A DNA stretch of 63,172 nt from a bacterium (GTDB taxonomy: Bacteria; Babelota; Babeliae; Babelales; JAUWHS01): NCBI GenBank assembly GCA_043818275.1, contig JBDRFY010000062.1:1-63172 (forward strand), read 5' to 3'. Shown in pieces: positions 48,318 through 57,341 of this stretch. The notes under the pieces are model-generated. The model worked only from the letters and a program-made list of their open reading frames with translations, made no database searches and was not told the origin of the DNA. The position numbers and the translations under genes are program-made. How positions within the stretch are numbered: position 1 is the stretch's first letter; the number at the start of each line of letters is the position of its first letter.

Positions 48318-48953
48318 CTATAATTTTTTAATTTTTGATTTATATCGTTTTTCTTTTTTTGGAGTTGTTTTTTCTTTACCTTTTTTTTGTTCATCTTTTA
48401 AATAAAAATCATCTTTTTCAAAATCCGGATGATTCAAACTTGCCTCTTCCATTAATAAATCCAAAGCCTTAGTATCAATATTTGTATCAAAATCTTCAAT
48501 AATTTTATAATCTGGCGCTTGTTTTTTTATTTGAGTTTCAGGAAATACAAAATTTTTCATTGCATCATCTTGTAATGTATTTTGTAAAATTTTATAAAAT
48601 TCAAAGACATCAACTGAATCAACGTTATATTTTTTAACATTATCTTTTAATTCTCGATCAAGAGAAACCAAAAGCATTTCTTGATTTTTATGTTTTTCAA
48701 CATAATTTAAAATCCAAGTATCAGCACTTTCTCTCTGACCTGAAAAAATTACAACTATTCCATTTTTAATTTCGCGCGTTGCATGTCCAAATAAACCGCC
48801 ATCAAAAACAATTATTATATTTTTAATTTTAGGCTTTTTATTTTTGTAATATCCAAGTTCTTTTATTAATTGCTGGCGTTGTTTATCCAGTTTACCCTTA
48901 ACTTTATGAAAAACTTGTCTTAATAAATTATATCCATCAATTAAAACAATCAT
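48318..48953 (-). CDS. NYN-domain (YacP/Rae1-like) predicted RNase
   Basis: MIVLIDGYNLL... N-terminus with downstream VVFDG, typical of the YacP-like NYN family. Confidence 0.65.
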   Translation of the reverse strand: MIVLIDGYNLLRQVFHKVKGKLDKQRQQLIKELGYYKNKKPKIKNIIIVFDGGLFGHATREIKNGIVVIFSGQRESADTWILNYVEKHKNQEMLLVSLDRELKDNVKKYNVDSVDVFEFYKILQNTLQDDAMKNFVFPETQIKKQAPDYKIIEDFDTNIDTKALDLLMEEASLNHPDFEKDDFYLKDEQKKGKEKTTPKKEKRYKSKIKKL

Positions 48954-49061
48954 GTGTTAAGCCCTCAAACTTTCAAAAAAGCAATTCATTGAAAAATTAA
49001 TTTATAAAAAGTAATCTGTATTTACAAATAAATCTGCAAACCCAATGAAAGAAAGAAGAAA

Positions 49062-49922
49062 ATGGCCGAATTAACTCTGCTGCGAAAAAAAATTCAGTCT
49101 ATAAAAACAACTAAAAAAATTACACATGCGGTAAGACTAGTATCAATGTCTTTATATTCTAGGCTGGAAAAGCAACGAGAAACTTTACAAAATTATCAAA
49201 ATACAATTTTTAAGCTTTTTTGTTACACTCAAATTCAAAATCCTGAATGGAAAAATAAAATTTTAATTCCCGGAGATATCCTGGATTCAAAACCATTATT
49301 CATAATTATATCTACCAGTAAAGGATTATGTGGTAGCCTAAATTCAAATTTATTAAGATATCTGCAAAAAACATTAACATTAGAACCCCATCAAGAAGCA
49401 GAAATTATAACAATTGGACACAAAGCTCAGAAATTTTTGCCCGATTTAATTTTACCCAAAAATACCCGTTCCATTTTAGGATTTAACGAACTAACTTCCA
49501 GTAACTATCAAAAAATAAGCAAGGATATAATAGATATAATATACAGACCTAAAAAACCATATTCTTCTGTCGTATTTTTTAGTAACAAAATAAAAAACTT
49601 CTTTGTACAAAATCCAAGCAAAACAACAATTATTCCTGCCACACTAAAAACAGAAGAAGAAATTAAACAAAAAGATTTAATCTGGACAGAAAATAGTGAC
49701 ATCATCATGAATTCTTTAGCAAAACTATATTTAAAAAGCTCAATTTTCGACGTTTTATTTCAGGCAATTTTGGCAGAACAGGCTGCCAGATTTATAGCTA
49801 TGGATAATGCAACAAATAACGCTGAAAATTATCTGGATCTATTAACCTTGCAATTTAATAAAACCCGCCAGGCATTAATAACAAAAGAGGTTTCTGAATT
49901 ATCTTCAGGATTGCAAGATTAA
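49062..49922 (+). CDS. atpG: F-type ATP synthase gamma subunit
   Basis: The N-terminus is LRKKIQSIKTTKKITHAVRLVSMS. The C-terminus is EQAARFIAMDNATNNAENYLDLLTLQFNKTRQALITKEVSEL. Confidence 0.85.
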   Translation: MAELTLLRKKIQSIKTTKKITHAVRLVSMSLYSRLEKQRETLQNYQNTIFKLFCYTQIQNPEWKNKILIPGDILDSKPLFIIISTSKGLCGSLNSNLLRYLQKTLTLEPHQEAEIITIGHKAQKFLPDLILPKNTRSILGFNELTSSNYQKISKDIIDIIYRPKKPYSSVVFFSNKIKNFFVQNPSKTTIIPATLKTEEEIKQKDLIWTENSDIIMNSLAKLYLKSSIFDVLFQAILAEQAARFIAMDNATNNAENYLDLLTLQFNKTRQALITKEVSELSSGLQD

Positions 49923-51182
49923 TGTTATATCTGCCCCTAAAGTATTTAATTTTTTTTCAAGTTTATCGTATCCACGTTTCAAATGCTGAACTCCCGTAAT
50001 TTTAGTTTCCCCATTTGCAACTAAACCTGCAATTAACAATGCGCAACCGGCTCTGATATCTGTTGCAATTACTTCTGTTCCATAAAATTCATCAACTTTT
50101 CTTATTGTTGCCTTATTTCCCTCAACCGTTATTTGCGCTCCAAGTTTATTTAATTCTTTTACATGCAATAATCTATTTTCAAAAACTGTTTCCTCAACCA
50201 CACTTACTCCATCAGCAAAACATAAAGCTGTCATCATTGGAGCTTGAAGATCGGTTGGAAAGCCCGGATACGGGCAAGTTTTAAAATTTACAGCCTGCGG
50301 ATTTTTTGTCGCTGTAAATTTTATTCCTTTATTTTCATCTTCCTCAATTTCGTGTCCCATTTCTCTTAATTTTTCCAAAAAAACATCCAAGTGATTTACA
50401 TTCGCATCAGGCAAATAAATTTGCCCACCCGAAACAGCGGCTGCAAGTAAAAGCGAGCCTGCCTCTAATCTATCTGGAATAACTTTATGTTTTATTGGAT
50501 TAAGTTTATTTACACCTGAAATTTTTAAAGTTGCCGGAACACAAATGTCTATATCAGCCCCCATTTTTTTTAGCACTTCAATCAAATCCAAAACTTCCGG
50601 TTCAAAAGAAGCATTTACAATTGTCGTTTGTCCATCATTTAAAATAGCTAGCATTATTAAATTTTCAGTAGCTCCAACACTTGGGTATTCAAGAATAATT
50701 TTATTTTCTTTTTTTTCATTACCTAAAAAAGAAGCTTGCAGAAAATGATTTTCCTGTAAAAATTTAACGCCTAGTTTTTCAAAATTTTTCAAATGAATAT
50801 CAATCGGTCTTGCCCCAATCAGACAACCTCCGGGTAATGCAACCGTGGCTTTTTTAAATCGGGAAAGAAGAGGCCCCATAACCAAAATTGATGCGCGCAT
50901 TTTATTCATAATTTCCGGACACACTTCAAACTTATTAACATTTGTTGTATCCACTGTTAAAAAATTCTTTGATTCATCAAAAAAAACATCTGCTCCCAAA
51001 CTTTGTAACAATTTGATCATTTGGGCAACATCTGCCGAATCAGGAACATTGCTGATTTCTGATTTTCCGTTTGTTAAAAGTAAAGAGGCCATGATTACAA
51101 GAACAGCGTTCTTGGCCCCTGAAAGATTCACGGTACCATTTAAATTTAATGATTGTTTTACAAGAAAATATTCATTTGACAT
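49905..51182 (-). CDS. murA: UDP-N-acetylglucosamine 1-carboxyvinyltransferase
   Basis: GAKNAVL, the LPGGCLIGARPID active-site Cys loop, and a 425-aa length. Confidence 0.9.
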   Translation of the reverse strand: MSNEYFLVKQSLNLNGTVNLSGAKNAVLVIMASLLLTNGKSEISNVPDSADVAQMIKLLQSLGADVFFDESKNFLTVDTTNVNKFEVCPEIMNKMRASILVMGPLLSRFKKATVALPGGCLIGARPIDIHLKNFEKLGVKFLQENHFLQASFLGNEKKENKIILEYPSVGATENLIMLAILNDGQTTIVNASFEPEVLDLIEVLKKMGADIDICVPATLKISGVNKLNPIKHKVIPDRLEAGSLLLAAAVSGGQIYLPDANVNHLDVFLEKLREMGHEIEEDENKGIKFTATKNPQAVNFKTCPYPGFPTDLQAPMMTALCFADGVSVVEETVFENRLLHVKELNKLGAQITVEGNKATIRKVDEFYGTEVIATDIRAGCALLIAGLVANGETKITGVQHLKRGYDKLEKKLNTLGADITLILQS

Positions 51183-51215
51183 TTATTAACCTATTTTTAA
51201 ATTTCTCCAATACAA

Positions 51216-51515
51216 CCGTACCCTAAGGGCACGGAACCTATGTTAATTATTCAATCCACGGGTTAAAACCCGAGGCTAATAACTATAACCCCTAACGGGG
51301 TTTTAAACACTTTGCATTTTAAACAATCAAACAATTTTCAAAACATATAAAGAGAAGTATAATACAGAACAATTCAACAAAATTAAATAAAATAAAACCA
51401 AATTTATAACCTTTGAAATTTAAATTAACCCTGCTAAGGGTTATAGTTAATAGCCTTCAGCCTACGCATCGCAAATAGCCGTGCTTCGGCGGACAGGCTG
51501 GGTTTTAACCCGTGG
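51216..51515. repeat. Second family-2 composite element (modules in the opposite relative arrangement; the right module is interrupted by a nested GC-rich insert)
   Basis: The left module is ccacgggttaaaacccgaggctaataactataacccctaacggggtt (51256-51302). The right module is aaccctgctaagggttatagttaatagcc[ttcagcctacgcatcgcaaatagccgtgcttcggcggacaggc]tgggttttaacccgtgg (51427-51515). An upstream hairpin ccgtaccctaagggcacgg lies at 51216-51234. Confidence 0.8.
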
Positions 51516-51552
51516 ACATTAAAACAAAATTAAATATTAAGAAAGAACAAAA

Positions 51553-52320
51553 ATGATTAACAAAAAAATTATATGTATCATTCCTGCAAGATTACAATCA
51601 ACACGATTTCCGGAAAAAATGCTTGCTCTGTTAAACGGTAAACCATTAATTCAGTATGCCTGGCAGGCAGCTGTAAATACAAAAATATTTGATGATGTAA
51701 TTATCGCTCTTGATTCTGAAAAAACGGCAACCGTTGTTAAAAGTTTTAACGCTAATTTTTTAATGACATCTCAAAGTTGTCAATCAGGAACAGAACGTTT
51801 AGTTGAAATAATGAAATCAAAAAAAATTAGTAGTGATATCTGGGTTAACTGGCAAGGTGATGAACCTTTTATAAATAAAGAAATGATTCAAACATTATTA
51901 CAATCAATTAATGATGATTCAGATATTTGGACATTAAAAAAAAGAATTACAAATCAGGAAGAAATAAATAATCCTAATTTCGCAAAAGTTGTCTGTGACG
52001 TTGCAGGAAGTGCAATTTACTTTTCACGCAGCCCAATACCTTTTTATCGGGATGAAAAAGATTTTGAAAAACAGAAATATTATAAACACGTAGGAATTTA
52101 TGCCTACACAACCAAAGCTTTGCAAAAAATCGCTCAGTCAAAAATCAGTTATCTTGAAGATGCTGAAAAATTGGAACAACTAACTTTCATTGCCAACAAT
52201 TTAAAAATAAAAATTCACAAAACGGATCAGGAAGTTATCGGAATTGATACACCACAAGATTTAAAAAAAGCCGAAATTAGATTGAAAAAAGAAGAAAAAG
52301 GCTCAGAAGTTTGCATATAA
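51553..52320 (+). CDS. kdsB: 3-deoxy-manno-octulosonate cytidylyltransferase (CMP-KDO synthetase)
   Basis: IIPARLQSTRFPEKML, QGDEPF and HVGIYAY motifs. Confidence 0.85.
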   Translation: MINKKIICIIPARLQSTRFPEKMLALLNGKPLIQYAWQAAVNTKIFDDVIIALDSEKTATVVKSFNANFLMTSQSCQSGTERLVEIMKSKKISSDIWVNWQGDEPFINKEMIQTLLQSINDDSDIWTLKKRITNQEEINNPNFAKVVCDVAGSAIYFSRSPIPFYRDEKDFEKQKYYKHVGIYAYTTKALQKIAQSKISYLEDAEKLEQLTFIANNLKIKIHKTDQEVIGIDTPQDLKKAEIRLKKEEKGSEVCI

Positions 52321-52359
52321 ATAAATAATCAATAAAATATTTGGACTAAAATTTAATAA

Positions 52360-52406
52360 CCCTTCGAGACGAAATTTTTTCAAAATTTCTCCTCAGGGTG
52401 AACGGG
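52360..52406 (+). repeat. Family-1 module with an AT-rich hairpin interior
   Basis: cccttcgagacgaaattttttcaaaatttctcctcagggtgaacggg. Confidence 0.75.
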
Positions 52407-52435
52407 ATGAGTTATTTAAAAAAATTGGATAATTT

Positions 52436-53665
52436 ATGATAAAAAAACTTTTCATATTGCTCACTTTGATTACAAATCTAAACGCGCAATACTCCTGGTA
52501 CCTAAACAATCAAGTTGAATATGCTCAAAAAGAATTAAACGCTAATTACTCAAAATTAATCAAAACTGGTTTAATTGATAAATCATTAACAATAAATGTA
52601 AATCCAACCAAAAGATGCTTTAAATCCGAAGGCTTAAAACTTTTAGAATTAATTCAAATTTTGCAGGATAATCCAACAGAGCAATCAATAAAAGTTTTAG
52701 ATAAATTACATAATTTGTATTACCTGGAATTTTATAAGTTCATAAATAATCTAAAAATCACACAAGAAGAAAAAATTAAACTCTCTTCCACTTTAAGTGA
52801 TCTGTTTTTACCTAATTTGAAAAAAATAGATTTGCAAACATTTAATATCAGAAACATACTGACAAAATCTTTCATTCAAATGATTATAATTAATAAAACC
52901 TTAAGCCTTCATAAAACAAGAAAAGATTCAATCCAACTTTTATTTAATTTGGCAAAACAAGAAATTTTAAATGAAAAAGAAAATTTAAATAAAAAAAACT
53001 TGGATAAATTCATTAGTATTTTAGAACTAAATGCCGCGCAACCGCTTGTTGGAAAATGGACAAAACGATTAATAATTGTAACAACTATTGTATTAACAAT
53101 TACTGTGATCATAATTTTCACATGGGATCCATACATCAAACCTGGAATAGAAAAAATCAAAACAAAAATCGGTGAAACATACACATCTTTAATAGACAAA
53201 TTAATTCAGGATGCAAGTCGAATATCAACAGAAACTCTTAATAACGCTGACTTACAAAACAGAGTGTCTCAAATCGCACAACAAGCAATAAACAACCTAA
53301 ATCTTCCTGAAAAAATTGACGAATTAAATTTAAATGAAAGACTTTCTCAAGCTATTAATCAAGCTGTTGAAAATTTAAATTTACCGGAAAACATAGATAA
53401 TCTAAATTTAAATGAAAGATTATCTCAAGCTATTAACCATGCGATTGACAATCTAAACTTAACACCACAAATTCAACAAGCTGTACAAACAGCTTTAAAT
53501 CAAGCAAGAGAAGAAATGGGAAATAGTTTTGGCGGAAGATTACTATTTGAACAACGAACAGAAAATAATGGCGATCAAAATAATGGTGGTGGAAATGGAA
53601 GTAATTGGAACCCTTTAAACTGGTTTGTAAGACAACCACAACAACCACAAAATCAAACTGAATAA
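52436..53665 (+). CDS. Hypothetical membrane protein with a tandem 26-aa repeat and a Q/N/G-rich tail
   Basis: Signal peptide, an internal TM helix (LIIVTTIVLTITVIIIF), and NLNLPE.ID.LNLNERLSQAIN.A.. repeated. Confidence 0.45.
   Translation: MIKKLFILLTLITNLNAQYSWYLNNQVEYAQKELNANYSKLIKTGLIDKSLTINVNPTKRCFKSEGLKLLELIQILQDNPTEQSIKVLDKLHNLYYLEFYKFINNLKITQEEKIKLSSTLSDLFLPNLKKIDLQTFNIRNILTKSFIQMIIINKTLSLHKTRKDSIQLLFNLAKQEILNEKENLNKKNLDKFISILELNAAQPLVGKWTKRLIIVTTIVLTITVIIIFTWDPYIKPGIEKIKTKIGETYTSLIDKLIQDASRISTETLNNADLQNRVSQIAQQAINNLNLPEKIDELNLNERLSQAINQAVENLNLPENIDNLNLNERLSQAINHAIDNLNLTPQIQQAVQTALNQAREEMGNSFGGRLLFEQRTENNGDQNNGGGNGSNWNPLNWFVRQPQQPQNQTE
53294..53470 (+). repeat. 78-bp tandem coding repeat, about 2.3 copies
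   Basis: Units at 53294-53371 and 53372-53449, plus a partial third unit. They are near-identical at the nucleotide level. Confidence 0.85.
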
Positions 53666-53746
53666 TTTTTATCTTCACAAAAAAACAAGTTTGTTCTAAT
53701 TTTGAAAACTGAATGTATTTTAAAAATTTTAAAAAGGGGCAAACCT

Positions 53747-54388
53747 ATGGAAAATAAAAAAGGAAGTCTGGAAATTATTTGCGGCTCTATGTTTTCCGGA
53801 AAAACTGAAGAATTAATGCGCAGATTAATCAGAACAGAATACGCCAAACAAAAAGTTTTGACAATCAAACATCAAATCGATAAACGTCGAAGTCAGACAA
53901 AAATTTCTTCCCATGACGGAAAAGAAAAACATGCTTTTTCAATTGATAATGATGCAAATAGTCTTAACAAAATCCTGGAACTTGCCAACAAAAATATCCA
54001 AGTTGTTGGAATTGATGAAATTCAATTTTTTCCAAAAGAAATAATTAGCATTGTTAAAAAACTAATTGATGATGGTAAAAAAGTAATTGCAGCAGGACTT
54101 GATATGGATTTTCGTGGAGAGCCTTTCGGAATCATGCCAACTTTAATGTCACTTGCCGATGATGTAACAAAATTAAAAGCAATTTGTGTTGTATGCGGAA
54201 AAGATGCGCATCACACACAAAGAATAATTAATGGTAAACCTGCAAAATATGATGACCCAATAATTTTGGTTGGCGCTAGTGAATGTTATGAAGCAAGATG
54301 CAGGGATTGTTTTAAAATTGAAAACGCGCCACAAGAAGAATTAACTTTAAACATTTCGCAAAACAAAACTTCTCAAGTTCAAATTTAG
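53747..54388 (+). CDS. tdk: Thymidine kinase
   Basis: GSMFSGKTEELMRR P-loop, VGIDEIQFF, and the C-terminal zinc motif CVVCGKDAHHTQR...CYEARCRDC. The start is placed at MENKK (53747). Confidence 0.85.
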   Translation: MENKKGSLEIICGSMFSGKTEELMRRLIRTEYAKQKVLTIKHQIDKRRSQTKISSHDGKEKHAFSIDNDANSLNKILELANKNIQVVGIDEIQFFPKEIISIVKKLIDDGKKVIAAGLDMDFRGEPFGIMPTLMSLADDVTKLKAICVVCGKDAHHTQRIINGKPAKYDDPIILVGASECYEARCRDCFKIENAPQEELTLNISQNKTSQVQI

Positions 54389-54396
54389 GATTCTTT

Positions 54397-54723
54397 ATGG
54401 AAAAAAATATAAAAGAAATAATCGAATATGCAAAAAACAAACTCATCGAGGCTTATGATCCATTAGAAATTTATTTATTTGGATCTTACGCTTGGGGAAA
54501 TCCAACCAAAGATAGTGACTTGGATTTTTTTATTGTTGTTGAAAAATCAGATTTAAAAAAATATAAAAGGTCTCTAGCTGGATATGAAGCATTAATACGA
54601 TTCGAATTTCCAAATGACATAATTGTGTATACAAAAGAAGAATTTGACGAACTCTCAAATTTGGTTGAAACATTTTGTCATAAAATAAAGGATAAAGGTG
54701 AAAAAATATACGCGAGAGCATGA
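54397..54723 (+). CDS. Nucleotidyltransferase-domain protein (MNT-type antitoxin)
   Basis: LFGSYAWGNPTKDSDLDFFIVV minimal NTase motif; 108 aa. Confidence 0.75.
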   Translation: MEKNIKEIIEYAKNKLIEAYDPLEIYLFGSYAWGNPTKDSDLDFFIVVEKSDLKKYKRSLAGYEALIRFEFPNDIIVYTKEEFDELSNLVETFCHKIKDKGEKIYARA

Positions 54724-55138
54724 CTATAAAGTATGGCTAAAAATTGCCAATGAAGACCTAGCCAGCGCAAAAGGATTACTCAAATTAGAGCTTTTTGGAA
54801 CAATGTCATTTCACTGTCAACAATGCGCAGAAAAAATCCTAAAGGCATATCTTGTTTATAGAAAAGTTGAAATCCAAAAAACACATGACTTAGTTTCATT
54901 ATTATTGCGATGTATAAAACTCGATCAAACATTTGAAAACATCCTTTATGATTGTAAGGACTTAAAACCGTATGCTGTTGCTTTTAGATATCCAAGTGAA
55001 TACGATGTTCCAGATGCAAAAGATATGCAAATCGCTTTAGATAAAACAATAAAAATATACAATTTTGTAAAAAGAAAAATATATGAATTCGAAAAAGAAA
55101 AAAAATTAACAAAATATCAAAAAACAATAGATGAATAA
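54698..55138 (+). CDS. HEPN-domain protein (toxin partner of MNT)
   Basis: Helical protein of 146 aa with CQQCAEKILKAYL...KTHDLVSLL and AFRYP. It overlaps the NTase gene by 26 nt. Confidence 0.7.
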   Translation: MKKYTREHDYKVWLKIANEDLASAKGLLKLELFGTMSFHCQQCAEKILKAYLVYRKVEIQKTHDLVSLLLRCIKLDQTFENILYDCKDLKPYAVAFRYPSEYDVPDAKDMQIALDKTIKIYNFVKRKIYEFEKEKKLTKYQKTIDE

Positions 55139-56480
55139 ACAAAAAACAAATTTTAAATGTACAAATTGTGATTACGCAACTGTTAAATGGATTGGACAAT
55201 GTCCAACATGCAATGAATGGAATAGTTTTGTTGAACAAAATATTTCAACATCATTGTTTAAAGGTTCACAAAAAACCACTAACTCAAATGTTCAATTTTT
55301 CAAATTAAACGAAATTGAAACAACAACGCAACAACGAATGTTATCAGGAATAAAGGAATGGGATCAGGTTGTTGGAAATGGAATTTTACCGGGATCATTT
55401 TCAATTCTAACCGGTGATCCAGGCATTGGAAAATCAACATTGTTATTACAAGTTGCAGATAAAATCGCAGATACAAAAAATGTTATCTATTTCTCAACCG
55501 AAGAATCGTTACAGCAATTAAAAAACAGAGCAACTAGATTAAATTTAAATGAAACAAATTTATTATTTTGTGATGAATCAAATTTGGAAAATATACTTTC
55601 GATTTGTCAGAATCCAAAACCGGATTTAATAATTATTGATTCTATTCAAAGTTGTTATTTGTCAAATCAATCAACAGTAATTCCTGGTACAATCGGTCAA
55701 CTGCGCGAAGCATCTTTTCATCTTCTTCGTTTTGCAAAAGAAAATAATGTAGCAATTTTTATAACCGGTCACATTACAAAGGATGGACAAATTGCGGGAC
55801 CAAAACTTTTGGAACACATGGTCGACGGAGTTTTTTATCTTCAGGGTGAAGATCGTTGGCATACAAGAATTTTAAGATCTGTAAAAAACAGGTTCGGCGC
55901 GATAAATGAAATCGGTTTTTTTGAAATGCAGGAAGATGGTTTAGTTGAAATCAATGACATAAACCAGCAACTTTTAAATGAAAGTTCATCTGCCCCTGGT
56001 TCATCTTTAATTTGCTGTCTTGAAGGCAGAAGACCAATTTTACTCGAACTTCAGGCATTATGCGTTACATCAAAATTTGGCATTCCACAACGGGTCGTTA
56101 CGGGAATTGATCCGAAAAGAATAATTTTAATTGCTGCAATTCTGGAAAAATATTTGCATATAAAATTTAGTTCGCAAGACATTTTTTTTAAAGTCAGCAC
56201 GGGAGTTAAAATTAAAGAAAGCTCGATTGATATTGGAATCGCGCTCGCATTACTTTCAAGTTATTTTCAAAAAACATTGCCTACAAAAATATTAACTTTG
56301 GGTGAGATCAGCTTGACAGGTCAAGTTAAACCAACAAATCAGGCACAAATAAGAATTAATGAAGCAGAAAAATTTGGCATCAATTCTTTTTTAATTTCTG
56401 CCAATCAACAAATCAAAACACAATGCCAGACAATTAGACTTAAAAATATTTATGAATTACTCAAATTGTTCCCAGAATAA
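55131..56480 (+). CDS. radA: DNA repair protein RadA/Sms
   Basis: N-terminal zinc finger CTNCDY...CPTCNEWNSF, GDPGIGKSTLLLQ Walker A, KNRFG, and a Lon-like C-terminal domain. Confidence 0.9.
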   Translation: MNKQKTNFKCTNCDYATVKWIGQCPTCNEWNSFVEQNISTSLFKGSQKTTNSNVQFFKLNEIETTTQQRMLSGIKEWDQVVGNGILPGSFSILTGDPGIGKSTLLLQVADKIADTKNVIYFSTEESLQQLKNRATRLNLNETNLLFCDESNLENILSICQNPKPDLIIIDSIQSCYLSNQSTVIPGTIGQLREASFHLLRFAKENNVAIFITGHITKDGQIAGPKLLEHMVDGVFYLQGEDRWHTRILRSVKNRFGAINEIGFFEMQEDGLVEINDINQQLLNESSSAPGSSLICCLEGRRPILLELQALCVTSKFGIPQRVVTGIDPKRIILIAAILEKYLHIKFSSQDIFFKVSTGVKIKESSIDIGIALALLSSYFQKTLPTKILTLGEISLTGQVKPTNQAQIRINEAEKFGINSFLISANQQIKTQCQTIRLKNIYELLKLFPE

Positions 56481-56547
56481 TTTTTTAAAAAATTCATGAT
56501 TCAAACACTCTTTTAAAAGGGTTTCATTCTTCAAATCACATAAAAAA

Positions 56548-57084
56548 TCATAAAAAGATTCTCCTGTTTTTTTTGATTTCTGAACCTGAATATTTTTTTA
56601 ATTTTATTTCTACATTTGAAACTCTTTCAAAAAAGAAATTATCCATTGCGTCAAGCAAACGATTTAAATAATAGATCGCAAGTTCTAAATTTTCATTTAA
56701 AAAAAACTGTATACACAATAAGCAATTTTCAACAGATATAATTTCGGTAAATTTTTTTTCATTAATTTGTAACATTAACGGTTTCTTAAAACATTTTTTT
56801 AATTCATCAATAAAAAAACAACCTTCTGGTTCTGAATTAACATATTCACTAGAAGTTAAACTTGAATGTCTTTCTCGATGTCCATCTATTTCATCGGCAT
56901 CCAAAAATTCGTCTTCTTGGCTAAAATATTTTTCATTGATAATCCTACTGCGTTTTTTATTCATTTTTATGTTAAATTTTGCGTTTTTAACGGCATCTGA
57001 CAGTCTTTGAAACGGATTGCAAAAATTTTGTGAGATAAAAAAGAAACAAAATAAGAATAAAATACTTTTTTTAAATTTGAACAT
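56548..57084 (-). CDS. Hypothetical secreted protein
   Basis: Signal peptide MFKFKKSILFLFCFFFISQNFC; no recognisable domain. Confidence 0.4.
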   Translation of the reverse strand: MFKFKKSILFLFCFFFISQNFCNPFQRLSDAVKNAKFNIKMNKKRSRIINEKYFSQEDEFLDADEIDGHRERHSSLTSSEYVNSEPEGCFFIDELKKCFKKPLMLQINEKKFTEIISVENCLLCIQFFLNENLELAIYYLNRLLDAMDNFFFERVSNVEIKLKKYSGSEIKKNRRIFL

Positions 57085-57132
57085 TCCCTTCCCCCCAGAA
57101 AAACATTTGTTTATGTTTTTTGCTTAAATCCA

Positions 57133-57303
57133 CCCTCTTCCGCTCGCCCTGAGCGTAGTCGAAGGGTTTCAAACAATAAACGATTAAAAATCGCCTATTG
57201 AATTATAAATTTTTATTACATCTATTTTTACATATAAAATAATTTTTATTGCCATTGACAATTATTCTCAACCCTTCGACTTCGCTCAGGGCGAGCGGAA
57301 AAG
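57133..57303. repeat. Second copy of the about 170-bp MITE-like element with family-1 terminal inverted repeats
   Basis: The left arm is ccctcttccgctcgccctgagcgtagtcgaaggg. The right arm is cccttcgacttcgctcagggcgagcggaaaag. The interior is similar to the copy at 7531..7702. Confidence 0.8.
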
Positions 57304-57341
57304 AAATTATTTGATTGTTAATATACGAAATTTATCACCAA

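Noticed and set aside
50063-51189. Plus-strand ORFs antisense to murA (50063..50284, 50545..50748, 50845..51189)
   Set aside because: They are shadow ORFs. murA on the minus strand fully explains the region.
53294-53470. Possible CRISPR-like array
   Set aside because: The repeats are directly tandem with no spacers, are in frame, and lie inside a CDS. No CRISPR array or cas gene was seen anywhere in the window.
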